Assembly: GCA_043228905.1 (NCBI GenBank)
Contig: JBHGNT010000007.1
Span: 19,344,001 to 19,408,000 of the forward strand
Direction: 5' to 3'
DNA length: 64,000 nt
DNA from: Azolla caroliniana
Lineage: Eukaryota; Plantae; Polypodiophyta
Both the position numbers and the translations under genes were made by a program. Shown here in pieces: positions 26,588 to 39,188 of this stretch (position 1 is the first letter of the stretch; every line of letters starts with the position of its first letter). The notes below the pieces were generated by a model that had not been told where the DNA came from, made no database searches, and was given only the letters and a program-made list of their open reading frames with translations.

Positions 26588-27520
26588 TGTTTGAATTTAA
26601 TACTCAAACACACAATATTAGGTTTAACCAAGCAAATCATTAAACCCTAAACCCGAAACCCTAATCTCTCACTTCCAAATCTCCCCATATGTTATATCCT
26701 ACTTGTCATGTTGCAATAATTAGATTAAGCAGGAATGAGACTCAAATCCCAATGTCCTATAAAATGAGTACTTTTTACATGATTAAGTGTATGTAGGATG
26801 AGGTCCTAGTCCCTAAAGATGAACAGTTTTACATTAATTCGAATTTCAACATTTGTCTAAGCTGTAACAATGTCGAATGAAACCCAAAATCCCCCCAAAA
26901 ATGACTAGTATTTTTCTATAATTTCAGTTATAACCTAAGTTTCTAGCAATGCAAACTGAATCCCAAAAAACAAGCAAAAATCATCATCATATCCCACATT
27001 AGGGATGATGGATATTGTACCCCGACGTGATGAAAAACCATTGAATTGTGCATAAAATGCATACATGGAAAAGAAATATTATTATGGAAAGACGAGAAAT
27101 ATTATTACAAAAACAATGTGAAGAACGGAGAGATTGTTAATATCCCTGTTTTTCCTGGAATCCTCTCCATATTCTGATACAGAATGCTTGAGATTGTGTA
27201 CAAAGTAATACATAAACAAAAACAAATTAGAGATTTATAAAGAAATACATTAGAGATTTACAAATTAGAGATTTATGAATACAAAATTTGTTGTAGAAGT
27301 ACATGAAAAAAAAAGAGATATTTATGCTAAGAAGAGAGAGATTATTGTAAAAATAAACATGAAAAAGAGAGATGATTGAATAAACTTTTATTGAGTTGGT
27401 TGGGTGACCAACTCAACCTACCTATCATTGTAATCCCTCAACTACTCCAAACCGTAATCCCTCAACTATTCCTACCACATGTAAAAAAAACAAAAAAAGT
27501 GATGTAATAGGAATTGAAAC

Positions 27521-28421
27521 TATCACGAACACACCAAGTGCAGACTCGGATGGAACACGGATGGTGGGGCTACAAGTGTAGAACTTAATAAGCTAGGAAT
27601 AACACAAGAGCATGAAGATATAGATGAAGAAGGAGACAAGATGGAATGAAACGAGAATACTAGATTGATGTGTCAATGACTGGCGTTGAATCCCTTGAAA
27701 GGGACTAAGGAGGTTACAAGTATTTATATTGTGAGTTGAAGTATATGTGTTAGAATATTCTCGAGAATATTTGGGAGAATATTTGGGAGATAGAGATGGC
27801 GAGGAAGATAGGAAATGAAGGGATATTGATGACGGTAACTCTAGAATCAAGGATGGTGACGATGGTAACTCTAGAAGCAAGGTCAATGATGAAGACGGGT
27901 GATGCTTCTAGTTGGAAGGGATTCAAACTGTCACGGACACACCAACCCTAGACTACGTCAAAGCACAAATGACGAGGCTATGATTCATAAGGTTACGAAC
28001 GTGGAACTAGACGTGATGAGGCTAGAAACTCGGGAAGTTGGGAGCGACGAGATGAGGAACTTAAGACGCTAGGAACATTACAAGAGCATAAAGACAAAGA
28101 TGTAAATCAAGGAGAGAAGATGGGGCTAAAGAAGAATACTAGATTGATGTGTCAATGACTGGCGTTGAATCCCTTGAAAGGGACTAAGGAGGTTACAAGT
28201 ATTTATATTGCGAGTTGAAGTATATGTGTTAGAATATTCTCGAGAATATTTGGGAGAATATTTTAGAACCCTCTAGAACTTTCTAAAAACACCTACAACT
28301 TGAAATAGATAATCTAGTAATAACATGCTAAGATATACATAACATGAATATGTAGTTAGATGTGTTGATTAGAACATAACACTTAACTATATACAAGAGG
28401 TGTTGAGTTCGAATCTTGACA
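27521..28421 (-). mobile_element. Chromovirus-type LTR (27929-28421) plus leader and a truncated second LTR copy (27521 to about 27790)
   Basis: Minus-strand LTR TGTCAAGATTCGAA..GTCCGTGACA. About 135 bp near-identical between 27655-27790 and 28135-28262. TATA at 28207-28200. Confidence 0.75.
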
Positions 28422-30085
28422 TGACTGGTGTCATGTCCGTGACATTCAGCACCGGGGCAGTGATGAATGCATGTTTGAGTGAGTCGAACGCATTTTGCGC
28501 CTCCGAGGTCCATAAAAATGGAGTGCCTTTATGGGTGAGAGTGATAAGAGGTTGTGATAGGGTGGAAAACCCCTTGATGAAGCGACGGTAAAAATTCGCG
28601 AAGCCGAAGAAGGATTGTACATCTTTAAGTCGCCTTGGAGTCGCCCACGCCTAAATGATAGAGACCTTCTTCATATCCATGGTGATGCCAGTGGGCGAGA
28701 TGATGTAGCCCAGAAATTCGATCGAGGTACGGTCGAACTCACATTTCTCGCCTTTGGCATAAAGGCCATGCTCGCGAAGTTTGGCAAGAACTAATCAGAC
28801 TTGGCGAGTGTGCTCCTCCATGTTTGGCGAGAAAATGAGAATATCATCGAGGTAAATGACAACAAAAAGATCAAGATATTCCTGGAATATATCGTTCATC
28901 ATATGTTGAAAAACTACGGGAGCGTTAGTAAGACCAAAAGTCATTACCTTGTATTCGAAATGTCCATACCGTGTTCGAAATGCGGTTTTCCATTCATCCC
29001 CCGGCTTGATGCGTACTAGATTGTATGCTCCACGCAGATCAACTTTGGAGAAGACACGCGCAACTCGGGGCCGATCAAGGAGTTCGGGGATCAGAGGTAG
29101 CGGATAGCGGTTGCGCACAGTGAGTTTGTTGAGACCTCGGTAGTCAACGCATAAGCGTAGAGAGCCATCCTTCTTCTTCACAAATAAAATGGGGGCCCCG
29201 GCTGGTGACTTAGAAGGTTGAATAAATCCTTTCTCGAAGTTCTCATCGAGATACACACGAAGGGCCTTCAACTCTGGTGCAGACAACACATATAGAGGAC
29301 CAAATGGTGGACACGCACCTTCTTGAGGATCAATCGGATAGTCGTAGAGCCGGTGTTCAGGCAAACGATCAACATTACATTTTTCAAATACGTCGGAGAA
29401 GTGTTGGTATTTTTTGGGAATAACATGGAGTGTGTTAGAAATGGCGCCACAAACAAACCCATCCTGGACCGATGATGGGGTAGTCAATTCGGAGTCAACC
29501 GTCTACGAAGGATTGGAAACTGAATTTACCTTCATACTTTTGCACGAGCATCTTGGCTTGCTAAATGTGATCGAGCGGTTGCACCAATCCACTATTGGAT
29601 TGTGCGCCTCCAACCACGTTAGTCCTAAGACAATTGGATGTCGATGTTGACCGGTCAGAAGAGCAAGGACAAGTGGGAAGGCGGAGTCGGATCGGATAAT
29701 AGGAAGTAAATAATAGTATAATTATTATTCGGAGGGACGGATCCGGTACAGTTGTACCGATCCGGATCCGGACCGATTCGGATGCCAGTTGCCTAAGCGC
29801 ACCGATTGTAACCTTACCGGATGCCTATAAAAGGATCCGATGATTTGTAAATGCTAGAGGGAAGTAATACAAACATAATTATTGCGTGTTCATCTTTATC
29901 TTTGTATTGTTTTACCGTCTGTGCTTAGTGTAATCATCTTACGCGTGTAACCTAGCATCTGATCCTTACCACCCGTTTGGAGAAGTGTCGGATAGACACC
30001 TGTGTTGAGGCTAGTCCGGCCAGGAAGACAACACTATTTTGGCGACCACGATTCCTGCAAAGTGCAGAGGACAACCGGGGGATGG

Positions 30086-33000
30086 ATGTCTAGACCAAAC
30101 GACGACCACATCACCGAACGAGGGAGACGATACACCGAATGAGAGCAACGACGGGAAGCCCTGCAGCAAGCCGTCGACGAGATCCGGCGAGATCGGTCAT
30201 TCTCCAGAACTCTTCGGAGAGTCGCAGAAGAAGCACTGCAGTTCCGGGTTCTGCAAGTCCCCGACGAAGGCAGTAGCATAACAAGCCTACAAGAGGCGGA
30301 AACGATACTACCGACGCTCGCCGGTGGCGACGGGGACTCGGAAGCATTCGCAACACTTGAGGCGGAGTCGGAAAGCGACGGAAGCGTTGCCGCCCGGTAT
30401 AAAAGCAGCCACGACACACCAAACGACCCAGGGGAAGAGGAGTCGGAAGACTCAGTAACACCGGAGCCAGAGGAAGAAATAACCTTGGAGTTCGGTGACC
30501 GGCAATCCTCGAGGGAGGCTGAGCGGATACCGACAACACCCGCGAAGGAACCGAAGGAGCGGATACCGACAACACCCACGGAGGAACCAAAGGACCAGAC
30601 ACCGACAACACCCGCGGAGGAACTGAAGGAGCGGATACCGGCACCAACCGCGGAGGAACCAAAGGTTCTCACACCGACGCCAACAACGGACAGAGAGCGG
30701 AGAAAGCAAGAGAGTGAGTTGGACGACACGATGCCGTACCCATACCCAAAGTACCGGGATGAGCCCGACGCAGAGGCACACGTGTACGCATTCCTCCAAA
30801 CATGGGAAGCCAACCATGTCTCCCAAAGACTGACGGAGCCCGAAGCCGAACGATCCAAAGTCGCCGAATTCGGCATGACCTTAGAAGGACCGGCGGCCCG
30901 ATGGCACGCAAAGCACTTACCGGGCAGCTTTGCCACATTCGATGCCTTGAAGGCCAAATTCCTCAGGCTTTTTCACAGACAAGTTGACCAAAGGGAATTG
31001 GTCGGGCAGTTCTACACCACCCGGCAGGAAGAGAACGAGACTGTGCCACAATTCATCATTCGGTTTCAGACCCTACACAGCCAACTGACGAGAGCACCAC
31101 CCGAAGACGAAGCCAAAGCAGTCTTTTTGGCCGCGCTGAAAGAGCCACTTCGATGGACCAAGTTATTGATCGGGTCCTAGAAATGGACAAGACTAGCTCC
31201 TTCTTGTCGATGGGGATGTTACACCGGGCACTCCCGAAGGACGAAGACCTGAGGTTCCGATAGGCCTTACAATGCACAACATGCCTAAATTCGGGCCACT
31301 CAACGGTAGACTGCACCCTGCGGACACAATGTATGATCTGCAACTCTCGAGCCCATACAACGGACCGATGCGAATATAACCTGTTAAATCGGCAGGCAGC
31401 ACCGGTTCGACACATAGAACCGCGCAATTAGAACCCGGATGAGGATCGATTCCGGAGAGACGACCGCTACCAACGCGAACGTGGTAACATATACGCTGAT
31501 AGAAGATGCGATAACTATGACCGAGAGGAGAAACGCAGAGATAGCTACCCCCGGGACCGGTACGACCGAGACGAATCCCCGGAATACGAACGACGCAGAG
31601 AAGAGAGGCGGCCAGGGAACCGAAATTTCCGACGGAATCAGAAGCGTGGATTTTTCCGAAGAGAGGAACGTTGGGAGGCAGCAAGGAATGACAACCCGGT
31701 ATCGGTACCGGATAACCGAAAAACCGAAGACGACCGCCGAAGTATACCCACCCTCCAAACCAGGGACAAAGGAGAAACGAGCAACAGTCACAAGGTGTAC
31801 TGTTATTACTGTCGTAAGGAGGGCCACTATAGTAAACAATGCCCAAGCAAAACCAATGACAAGCAGCCGGCAGTAAACATGGTTACAGCCGAAATAACAG
31901 AAGTACAGCAGGTCACAACCCGGTCAAAGGGAAAGACCGCCGAGTGGGAAGCCCAGGAGACAATCAGAAAACAAGCGGCGCAATGGATCAAGGAGGCCAA
32001 TGAACAGAATGCGGCAGAAGTAAGAGACCAAAATATGCCAAAAGACGAAGAAATCATACAGCCAGGAGAAAACCCGACGTGGCAAGCGCTACAGGACTGT
32101 CAAATTGTGCTGCCGTTAGCACGGCTACTACAGTTGGTGCCACGGTTTACGACAGACTTACAGGCATCCATGAGCAAACCGAAGCCGACTCCAACACCGG
32201 CATTCTTCTCCAACCCGGAGGAAGGACCAGCTGTGATCGATACAAGTAGCCCGGCGTTCACGGCAATCGTGAAAGGAAAGGAAATTGCTGGAACGATTAT
32301 TGACGGAGGCTCCGGGGTAAATGTCATCAGCCGACAGACATGCGACAACCTGGGCATCCGGGAATGGGAACCATGCCCCTTCTGGTTACGCATGACGGAT
32401 ACCAGCTCAGTCCGACCGACCGGGCTTATCCGGGATTTGGAAGTAACAATCGTAGGCCACGTATTCCGGATATCGGCCATGGTGCTGCACCTAAATGTAC
32501 AAGGCACGTACCCCCTACTGCTAGGACGACCATGGCTGCGAACGGCGCATATCAAGCAGAACTGGCAAAAGAACATGATCACATTCCGGCGAGGGAAAAC
32601 AAAGGTACGACTAACGACGCAACCACGGGTGATCGCCAGTAAGGAAGCAACTCCATTGTATGCGGAAAGCATCAACATGTTGGAGGGATTACCGGACGAG
32701 GAAGTCGATCGGTACCTCGAGGAACACCCACGAATCGTCCCACTATTTGAGGTGGATATCACGGCGGCAGTAGAACCATACATCACGACGCCGGACGAAC
32801 CGGATCAAGCGGTGATCCGGGAACTGCGACAAGCGCAAGAATCCCTAGAGAGGGAAATGACGATATCCCAGAGGGTAAAAGCATCCCAACTAGAGGAGGT
32901 GGACCTCGGCACAACAGACAAGCCCCGACTGGTAAATGTCGCAAAGGAATTGCCGAAGGAAGAAAAGAAGGCAATGGTAGCATTATTAACAGACTTCAAG

Positions 33001-35891
33001 GATGTGTTCGCGTGGTCGTATGAAGACATGCAAGGGCTGGACCCCCAGCTCTATCAGCACCAAATTCACCTAAGTACGGACGCGAAACCGATCGCTCAAC
33101 GCAGGTACCGGATGAATCCGAATTATGCGGCGAAGGTGAAGGAGGAGATTCATAAGCTCCTCCGGGTCGGATTTATCCGACCGGTCAAGCAGGCAACCTG
33201 GCTGAGTTCGATAGTGGTGGTCCCGAAAAAGAACGGCAAAATCTGGGTATGCGTAGACTACCGGAAACTAAATGCCGCAACAGTGACTGATGCGTTTCCA
33301 CTACCATTTACGGACGGGGTGTTAGATGCGGTATCCGGCCACGAAGTTTACAGCTTCCTGGATGGATTTAGCGGTTACAACCAAATACGAATGAACCCGG
33401 CTGACCAGGAGAAGACAACGTTCGTTACGGAATGGGGAGTGTTCGTCGCGGTCGTGATGATGTTCGGACTAAAGACGGCCCCAACGACCTTTCAAAGGAT
33501 AATAATGGAAATTTTTGGGGAATATATCCCCGGTTTTATGCAGGTCTTCCTTGACGATTTCGCGGTCTACAGCCGGCACGGAGAGCATCTCGATCACCTC
33601 CGGCTGTACTTGGAGAAGTGCCGCGAGTACCGATTGAGTCTGAACCCGGCCAAGTGCGTCTTTGGAGTGGCAAGCGGCAACTTACTAGGGCACGTGGTGA
33701 GTAAGGAAGGAATCGCGGTAGATCCGAATAAAGTAAAGGCGATTCTCGAGGCACCAGCACCAAATAACGCAAAGGCTTTAAGCCGGTTCCTGGGCCAAAT
33801 AAGGTGGCATAGCCGGATGATACGGCACCTCGCAGACTTCGCTACACCATTGTATACCGCCGTACACAGGGTACCCTTCCTATGGCCGGAGACGGAAGAG
33901 AAAGCCTACCAAGCGTTGAAGGTTATGTCGTCACAAGCTCCGGTGGTGCAACCGCCGGATTGGAGTAAAAGCTTTCACGTCTTCGTCGACGCGTCGGACG
34001 TAGCAATCGGCAACGTTCTGATGCAACTCACGGAGCCGAAATGGTACTGGCCGGTGTACTACGCAAGCCGGAAACTCTCAAAAGCCGAACGGAACTACTC
34101 TACGACGGAACGCGAGGCATTAGGAATGGTGTATAGTGTCACAAAGTACATGCACTATCTGCTCGGAAGGAAGTTTTCCTTCCATGTCGACCATTCAGCA
34201 CTACTCTACCTGGTCTCGAAGGCATCCGTGACGGGAAAAATTGCACGATGGACACTGCTGTTACAGGAATTTGAATTCGACATTTTCCACCGACCCGGGG
34301 CGCAGCATGCGGTAGCGGACTACCTAAGCAGACTCGAATCCGGAGAAGTAGGGGACGACGTCCCGGATGAGTTCCCCGACGCCGAGTTGTTCCGGATCAC
34401 GACGGAACCGGCAACGGATGCAACGGTAGCCGATGAAGACACGTGGCTAACTGAGATGCATCAGTTCCTGAGCACCGGAGTACCCCCGGAGAACATGGAC
34501 CGCGATGAAAGGAAAAGGGTAGCAGTAAGAAGCAGACATTTCTGCTTGGTTGGAGACACCCTCTATCACAAGGGGGCAGATGGCATCTGGAGACGAGCAG
34601 TGCGGAGCGATGAGAAGGATCTAATCCTCAGGGAAGCCCACTGTGGAATTGCCGGCGGGCATTATGCCGGCGACGCAACCGCTCGGAAAATATGGCAGAG
34701 CGGACTGTGGTGGCCCACCACCCTAAAAGATGCCGTGAAGTATAGTAGAGAATGCGATGTGTGTCAACGACTGGGCCAACCCACGGAGCAGGCCCGGATG
34801 CCACACCACCCGGTCTTGCCATTGGAACCGTTTCAAAAGTGGGGTTTGGACTTTGTCGGTCCCTTCAAGCCACCGGCAATGCGAACCGGAAATTGGTATG
34901 TCATAGTGGCGACCGACTATTGCACCAAATGGGTAGAAGCGAAGGCCTTACGGGACAACACGGCCGCGTCCACGGCAAAGTTCCTGTACGAGTGCATATG
35001 GTGCCGGTATGGATGCCCGATCGAGCTTATAAGTGACCAAGGAGGACACTTTCTCGGGCAGGTAGTAGAAAGCCTGGCGTCATTTTACGCGGTGGTACAT
35101 AAAAGGAGTACTCCCTACTACCCTCAAGCCAATGGACTAGCGGAATCGACGAACAAAACTCTGCAGAACATCCTACGAAAAATCGTCAACGAGAACCAGA
35201 CCGACTAGGATACGAAATTGCAGAGCGCGCTATGGGCGTACCGAACAACGTACAAAACCAGCATCCAGACAACCCCGTTCCGACTAGCATTCGGTTTAGA
35301 AGCGGTCATGCCGGTAGAGTTCCAGATCCTCAGCTTACGGATCCAGGTAAAGGAGCGCTTAAGTGAGAAGGAGTCCGAACGAATCTGGCTGGCGACGTTG
35401 TTGGAATTAGAAGAAAACCGAATAGCCAGCTTACTACAACTCGAACTAGAGCAAAGGAGGAGAAAAGCTTTCGTGGACCGACACCGGCGTGGCAACGAAA
35501 AGGAGTTCGAAGTCGGGAAACCGGTGCTACTGTTCCAGACACGGATGGGGAACATGCCGGGAAAGTTGCGGTTTCGGTGGACTGGACCGTTCGGATCACC
35601 AAGGAGTACAATGGGTCGTATCAGCTCGGCACGTTGTCTGGAGAAGTCATCGGTAAGTGGGCAAATGGGTTTCGGCTAAAGCCGTATAAGGGAAATATGG
35701 CAGCCAACCCGTTCAAGCAAGACCCGGAAATCCGGCACGATGAGGAACCGACACCGACAGACGCTGCTCCAGATATCCGGACCGAGGAAGAACCGACACC
35801 GATACTGACGAAGACTATCCCGGAAAACCGACAGAAGGATAAGGTATCAGCGCGAACCGACCCGAACAAATCGGGGGGGACCAGAAACTGA
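30086..35891 (+). pseudogene. Athila-like gag-pol (gag with 36-bp repeats and 3 Zn knuckles, PR, RT, RH, INT with GPF motif)
   Basis: Knuckles CTTCLNSGHSTVDC, CMICNSRAHTTDRC and CYYCRKEGHYSKQC. Motifs IIDGGSGVN, VFLDDF, FVDASD, H..H..C..C, WGLDFVGP and WTGPF. The 1137-aa pol segment is open, with a few stops and frameshifts elsewhere. Confidence 0.92.
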
Positions 35892-36316
35892 CGTGGTCCA
35901 AACAAACATAAAATAAATAAATAAATAAATAAATAAAATTAAAAAAAAAAAGTAATGATGGGGAGATCACAAGAGGTGGGAGCGCCACCATGCAACGAAG
36001 AGGCGCCATGCAGTAAAGGAGGACGTGCGCGTACTTGCTATTTAAAGCATAGAACGTGGGCACCGACGTACGAAGTATTACTCACACGCGGCAAGCAAGA
36101 AAGGACATACTAATTATGGCGGGAGAAAGACATGTGCGGGAAACGGAAAAGGGCGGCTCGAGGCAAAAGCCACTATATAAGACACAGGCCTGCGAAGGAC
36201 TTACTTTTTACAAATTTTCCTACACACAGGCGCAGAAGCACAGAAGAGCGATCCAACGCACAACGCACACACATCCCGATCCTGAACAACAGACAGCAGA
36301 AGAAGAATTCAAACCA

Positions 36317-36790
36317 ATGGCACTGTCGGAAGAGGCACGCCAATGGATGATGGAGAACGGGTTAGAAGGATTGTTGCGGATCGCCGACGCTCCACCACAC
36401 GCAGAACCAGAGCAGGCGGCAGCATCGATTGATTTATCAGAAAATCAAGAAGAGCAGGTGCAGACCGATGCCGGGGAAGACGAAGAGCTGAGACCGGAAA
36501 ACACCGGAGCAGAGGAAGAAGGCGCACCGAACCGACCAGTCGAGACCGGAGAAAGCGACACTGGTAACAGAACAGAGCCTGGAACGGAGGAAGAACAGGA
36601 AGAACCCGGACGGAGTGGTGAGGAAGCACCGGCACCACAGAATCAAGCAGAGCCGGAGCAGCAAATTTTTACGGAACAGCCAAACCAACCGGAGGTCGGA
36701 GACCAGGCAGGCAAGGAACAGGAATTGGAGGAAGAAGCACCACTTGACACCTTCGAGCGGAGTGTGCTCGATATTTTGGAGGAAGAATGA
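36317..36790 (+). CDS. Extra acidic ORF between pol and the 3' LTR of the Athila-like element
   Basis: Open frame from MALSEEARQWMMENGLEGLLRI, rich in E/P/Q. TATA box ctatataa at about 36173-36180. Confidence 0.55.
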   Translation: MALSEEARQWMMENGLEGLLRIADAPPHAEPEQAAASIDLSENQEEQVQTDAGEDEELRPENTGAEEEGAPNRPVETGESDTGNRTEPGTEEEQEEPGRSGEEAPAPQNQAEPEQQIFTEQPNQPEVGDQAGKEQELEEEAPLDTFERSVLDILEEE

Positions 36791-37819
36791 GGCCGGGAGT
36801 GGATTCGAAGTGCAAGGCACTTTCCCACGGGCGTGCCATGTGTTGACCGGTCAGAAGAGCAAGGACAAGTGGGAAGGCGGAGTCGGATCAGATAATAGGA
36901 AGTAAATAATAGTATAATTATTATTCGGAGGGACGGATCCGGTACAGTTGTACCGATCCGGATCCGGACCGATTCGGATGCCAGTTGCCTAAGCGCACCG
37001 ATTGTAACCTTGCCGGATGCCTATAAAAGGATCCGATGATTTGTAAATGCTAGAGGGAAGTAATACAAATATAATTATTGCGTGTTTATCTTTATCTTTG
37101 TATTGTTTTACCGTCTGTGCTTAGTGTAATCATCTTACGCGTGTAACCTAGCATCCGATCCTTACCACCCCTTTGGAGAAGTGTCGGATAGACACCTATG
37201 TTGAGGCTAGTCCGGCCAGGAAGACAACAGTCGAGGAGATGCGATGAGGTAAAAGGCGAGCTCCTCTTGGTGTGAGCCCACCCAAAGCCCTAATGGGATT
37301 GTAGCTTGAGTAATTGCACCTGACGAGAGGACGCACCCGTCGATGGCTTCAACTGGAATAGGTTTTGAGAGGCCAACGACAGGTACGCCATGTGCTTGGG
37401 CAAACGCGACGTCGATGAAGCAAGAAGATGCCCCAGAATCAAGTAAAGCAACAGACTGAATGGAACTAGAGTTAAACGAAAGCCATACCTCCAATGTGAA
37501 ATTGCCTAATGGTTCGGCAATGGAACCAAGAGAATGTGGGCGACGGGAGATGTCCAGTTGCATGGCTCCTACTGCAACCGAACGATGTCGTTTTGCGGAT
37601 GTTGGGGTCCGTTAGCTCGATGGAATTGTGGGCGAGTACTCCTGGGACAATGGCGCCACAATACATGCACAAGCCATTAGCCCGCCGAAATTGTCGTTCA
37701 GCATCAGTCAATGGCCGAAATCGGGCTTGATCAATTTCCATGGGGACAGGAGCATCTGCCAAAGTAGGCGAGTGTGAGGATGCTTGGGGTTGTATGACCG
37801 GGGCATGGCGTGGAAGTGA

Positions 37820-38855
37820 ATGAGGTCAATAGCTATGACTCGGTGTTGGTCGTTGTCGATCGGTTTACGAAGATGGCTCACTTCACTCCATGCTCCAAAA
37901 CCATTTCCGGAGAAGGAATGGTGCATCTACTACTCAACAATGTGGTACGCTTGCATGGACTCCGCGATGATGTCATCTCGGATCGTGGACCCCAGTTTGT
38001 CTCTCACTTCTAGCAGCGCCTGCTACAAACTTTAGGCATCTCTGTCAAGTTGTCATCCGCTTATCACCCTCAAACTAACGAGCAAACGGAGCGTGTCAAC
38101 CAAATCCTTGAGCAGTATCTTTGGTGCTCGCGGAATTCGCCTACAATAATTCTCTCCATGCATCGACTGGCGTCACTCCCTTCTTTGCCAACTATGGTTT
38201 ACATCCTCGCTTCAACATTTCCCTTCCTACCACTTCCGTGAACCCTTCGGCGGAGGATCGCGCCCGCATTTTGGAAGAACTACATCATGATTTATCCTTG
38301 GAGCTTAGTCTTGCTAGTGAACGATACAAGAAGCAGGCTGATTGCCATCGATCTTCCACTCCACACTTTGTCGTTGGAGACATGGTCTGGTTGTTACGTC
38401 GACACATCTCTACTACTCGTCCATGTGCGAAACTTGATTACAAGAAGTTGGGACCATTCCATATCATCGACTACATCAATCTCGTTGCCTTCCGGCTCGC
38501 CCTTCCATCCCACTTCCGGATTCACAATGTTTTTCATGTCTCCCTCCTCGAACCCCATTATGCTTCACAACTCCCAGGACGTCAGGCCCCACCACCACCA
38601 CCTATGCAATTGACGATAGGGGAGGAATACGAGGTCGACCAAATCCTTGACTCGCGTTGGCACCGTCGACACTTGCAATACCTCGTCCTATGGAGGGGTT
38701 ACCCCATGTCTGAGGCCACGTGGGAAACATCGGCAAATTTACAAAATGCCCCAGAGGTCGTCCAAGATTTTCATCACCGATATCCCCACAAACCAGTGGC
38801 CGATTTGGGAAGGCGGCGTAGGAGGGGGAATAATGTCAAGATTCGAAATTCTTGA
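37820..38855 (+). pseudogene. Tcn1-like integrase plus chromodomain
   Basis: VVVDRFTKMAHF, ISDRGPQF, SAYHPQT, KLGPF, HNVFHVSLL, and chromodomain EEYEVDQILDSR..YLVLWRGY..TWE. Confidence 0.92.
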
Positions 38856-39188
38856 CAAGACCATGTTATAATCTAGTATTATGAGTTAACCAAGATATCT
38901 AGTACATAGTTATGTATGTAATTGGTCCTTATTATTTTGCTAGCATCATGTGCATAGTTGCTCCCTTGTAGTATTTACACTTGGCACATGCATACATACC
39001 TACATGCTCTATTGTAGATTCACATGCGTGCAACAAGTATGCATGCCATGTAGTATAAATAGAGGAGTTCACCTTGAAGGAATTCAAGGTGAACAACACC
39101 AGTTATGGAGTCTTTCCTTTAATACTATCGTCTTTCTTGTCCATTTGGTTATCTTCTTGCTTGTCTCTTGAGCTTATGATCCGTGACA
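38834..39188 (+). repeat. 3' LTR of the Tcn1-like element
   Basis: PPT aggagggggaa then TGTCAAGATTCGAA..GATCCGTGACA. TATA at 39054. Confidence 0.85.

Larger units (their letters stand above)
29645..37229 (+). mobile_element. Full-length non-chromoviral (Athila-like) Ty3/Gypsy retrotransposon
   Basis: 389-bp LTRs 29645-30033 and 36841-37229 (about 7 differences). TSD GTCGA at 29640-29644 and 37230-37234. PBS TGGCGACCAC (tRNA-Arg type) at about 30040. Confidence 0.95.
28445..37815 (-). pseudogene. Tcn1-like chromoviral Gypsy gag end, PR, RT and start of RNase H region, interrupted by the Athila-like element
   Basis: PVPMEID..RRANGLCMYCG and ALLDSGASSCFID (37815-37235). [38 protein letters not shown] (29644-28445). 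Confidence 0.88.

Noticed and set aside
30034-30957. 307-aa minus-strand ORF and other long antisense ORFs over retroelements
   Set aside because: Antisense shadows of GC-rich gag/pol coding sequence.
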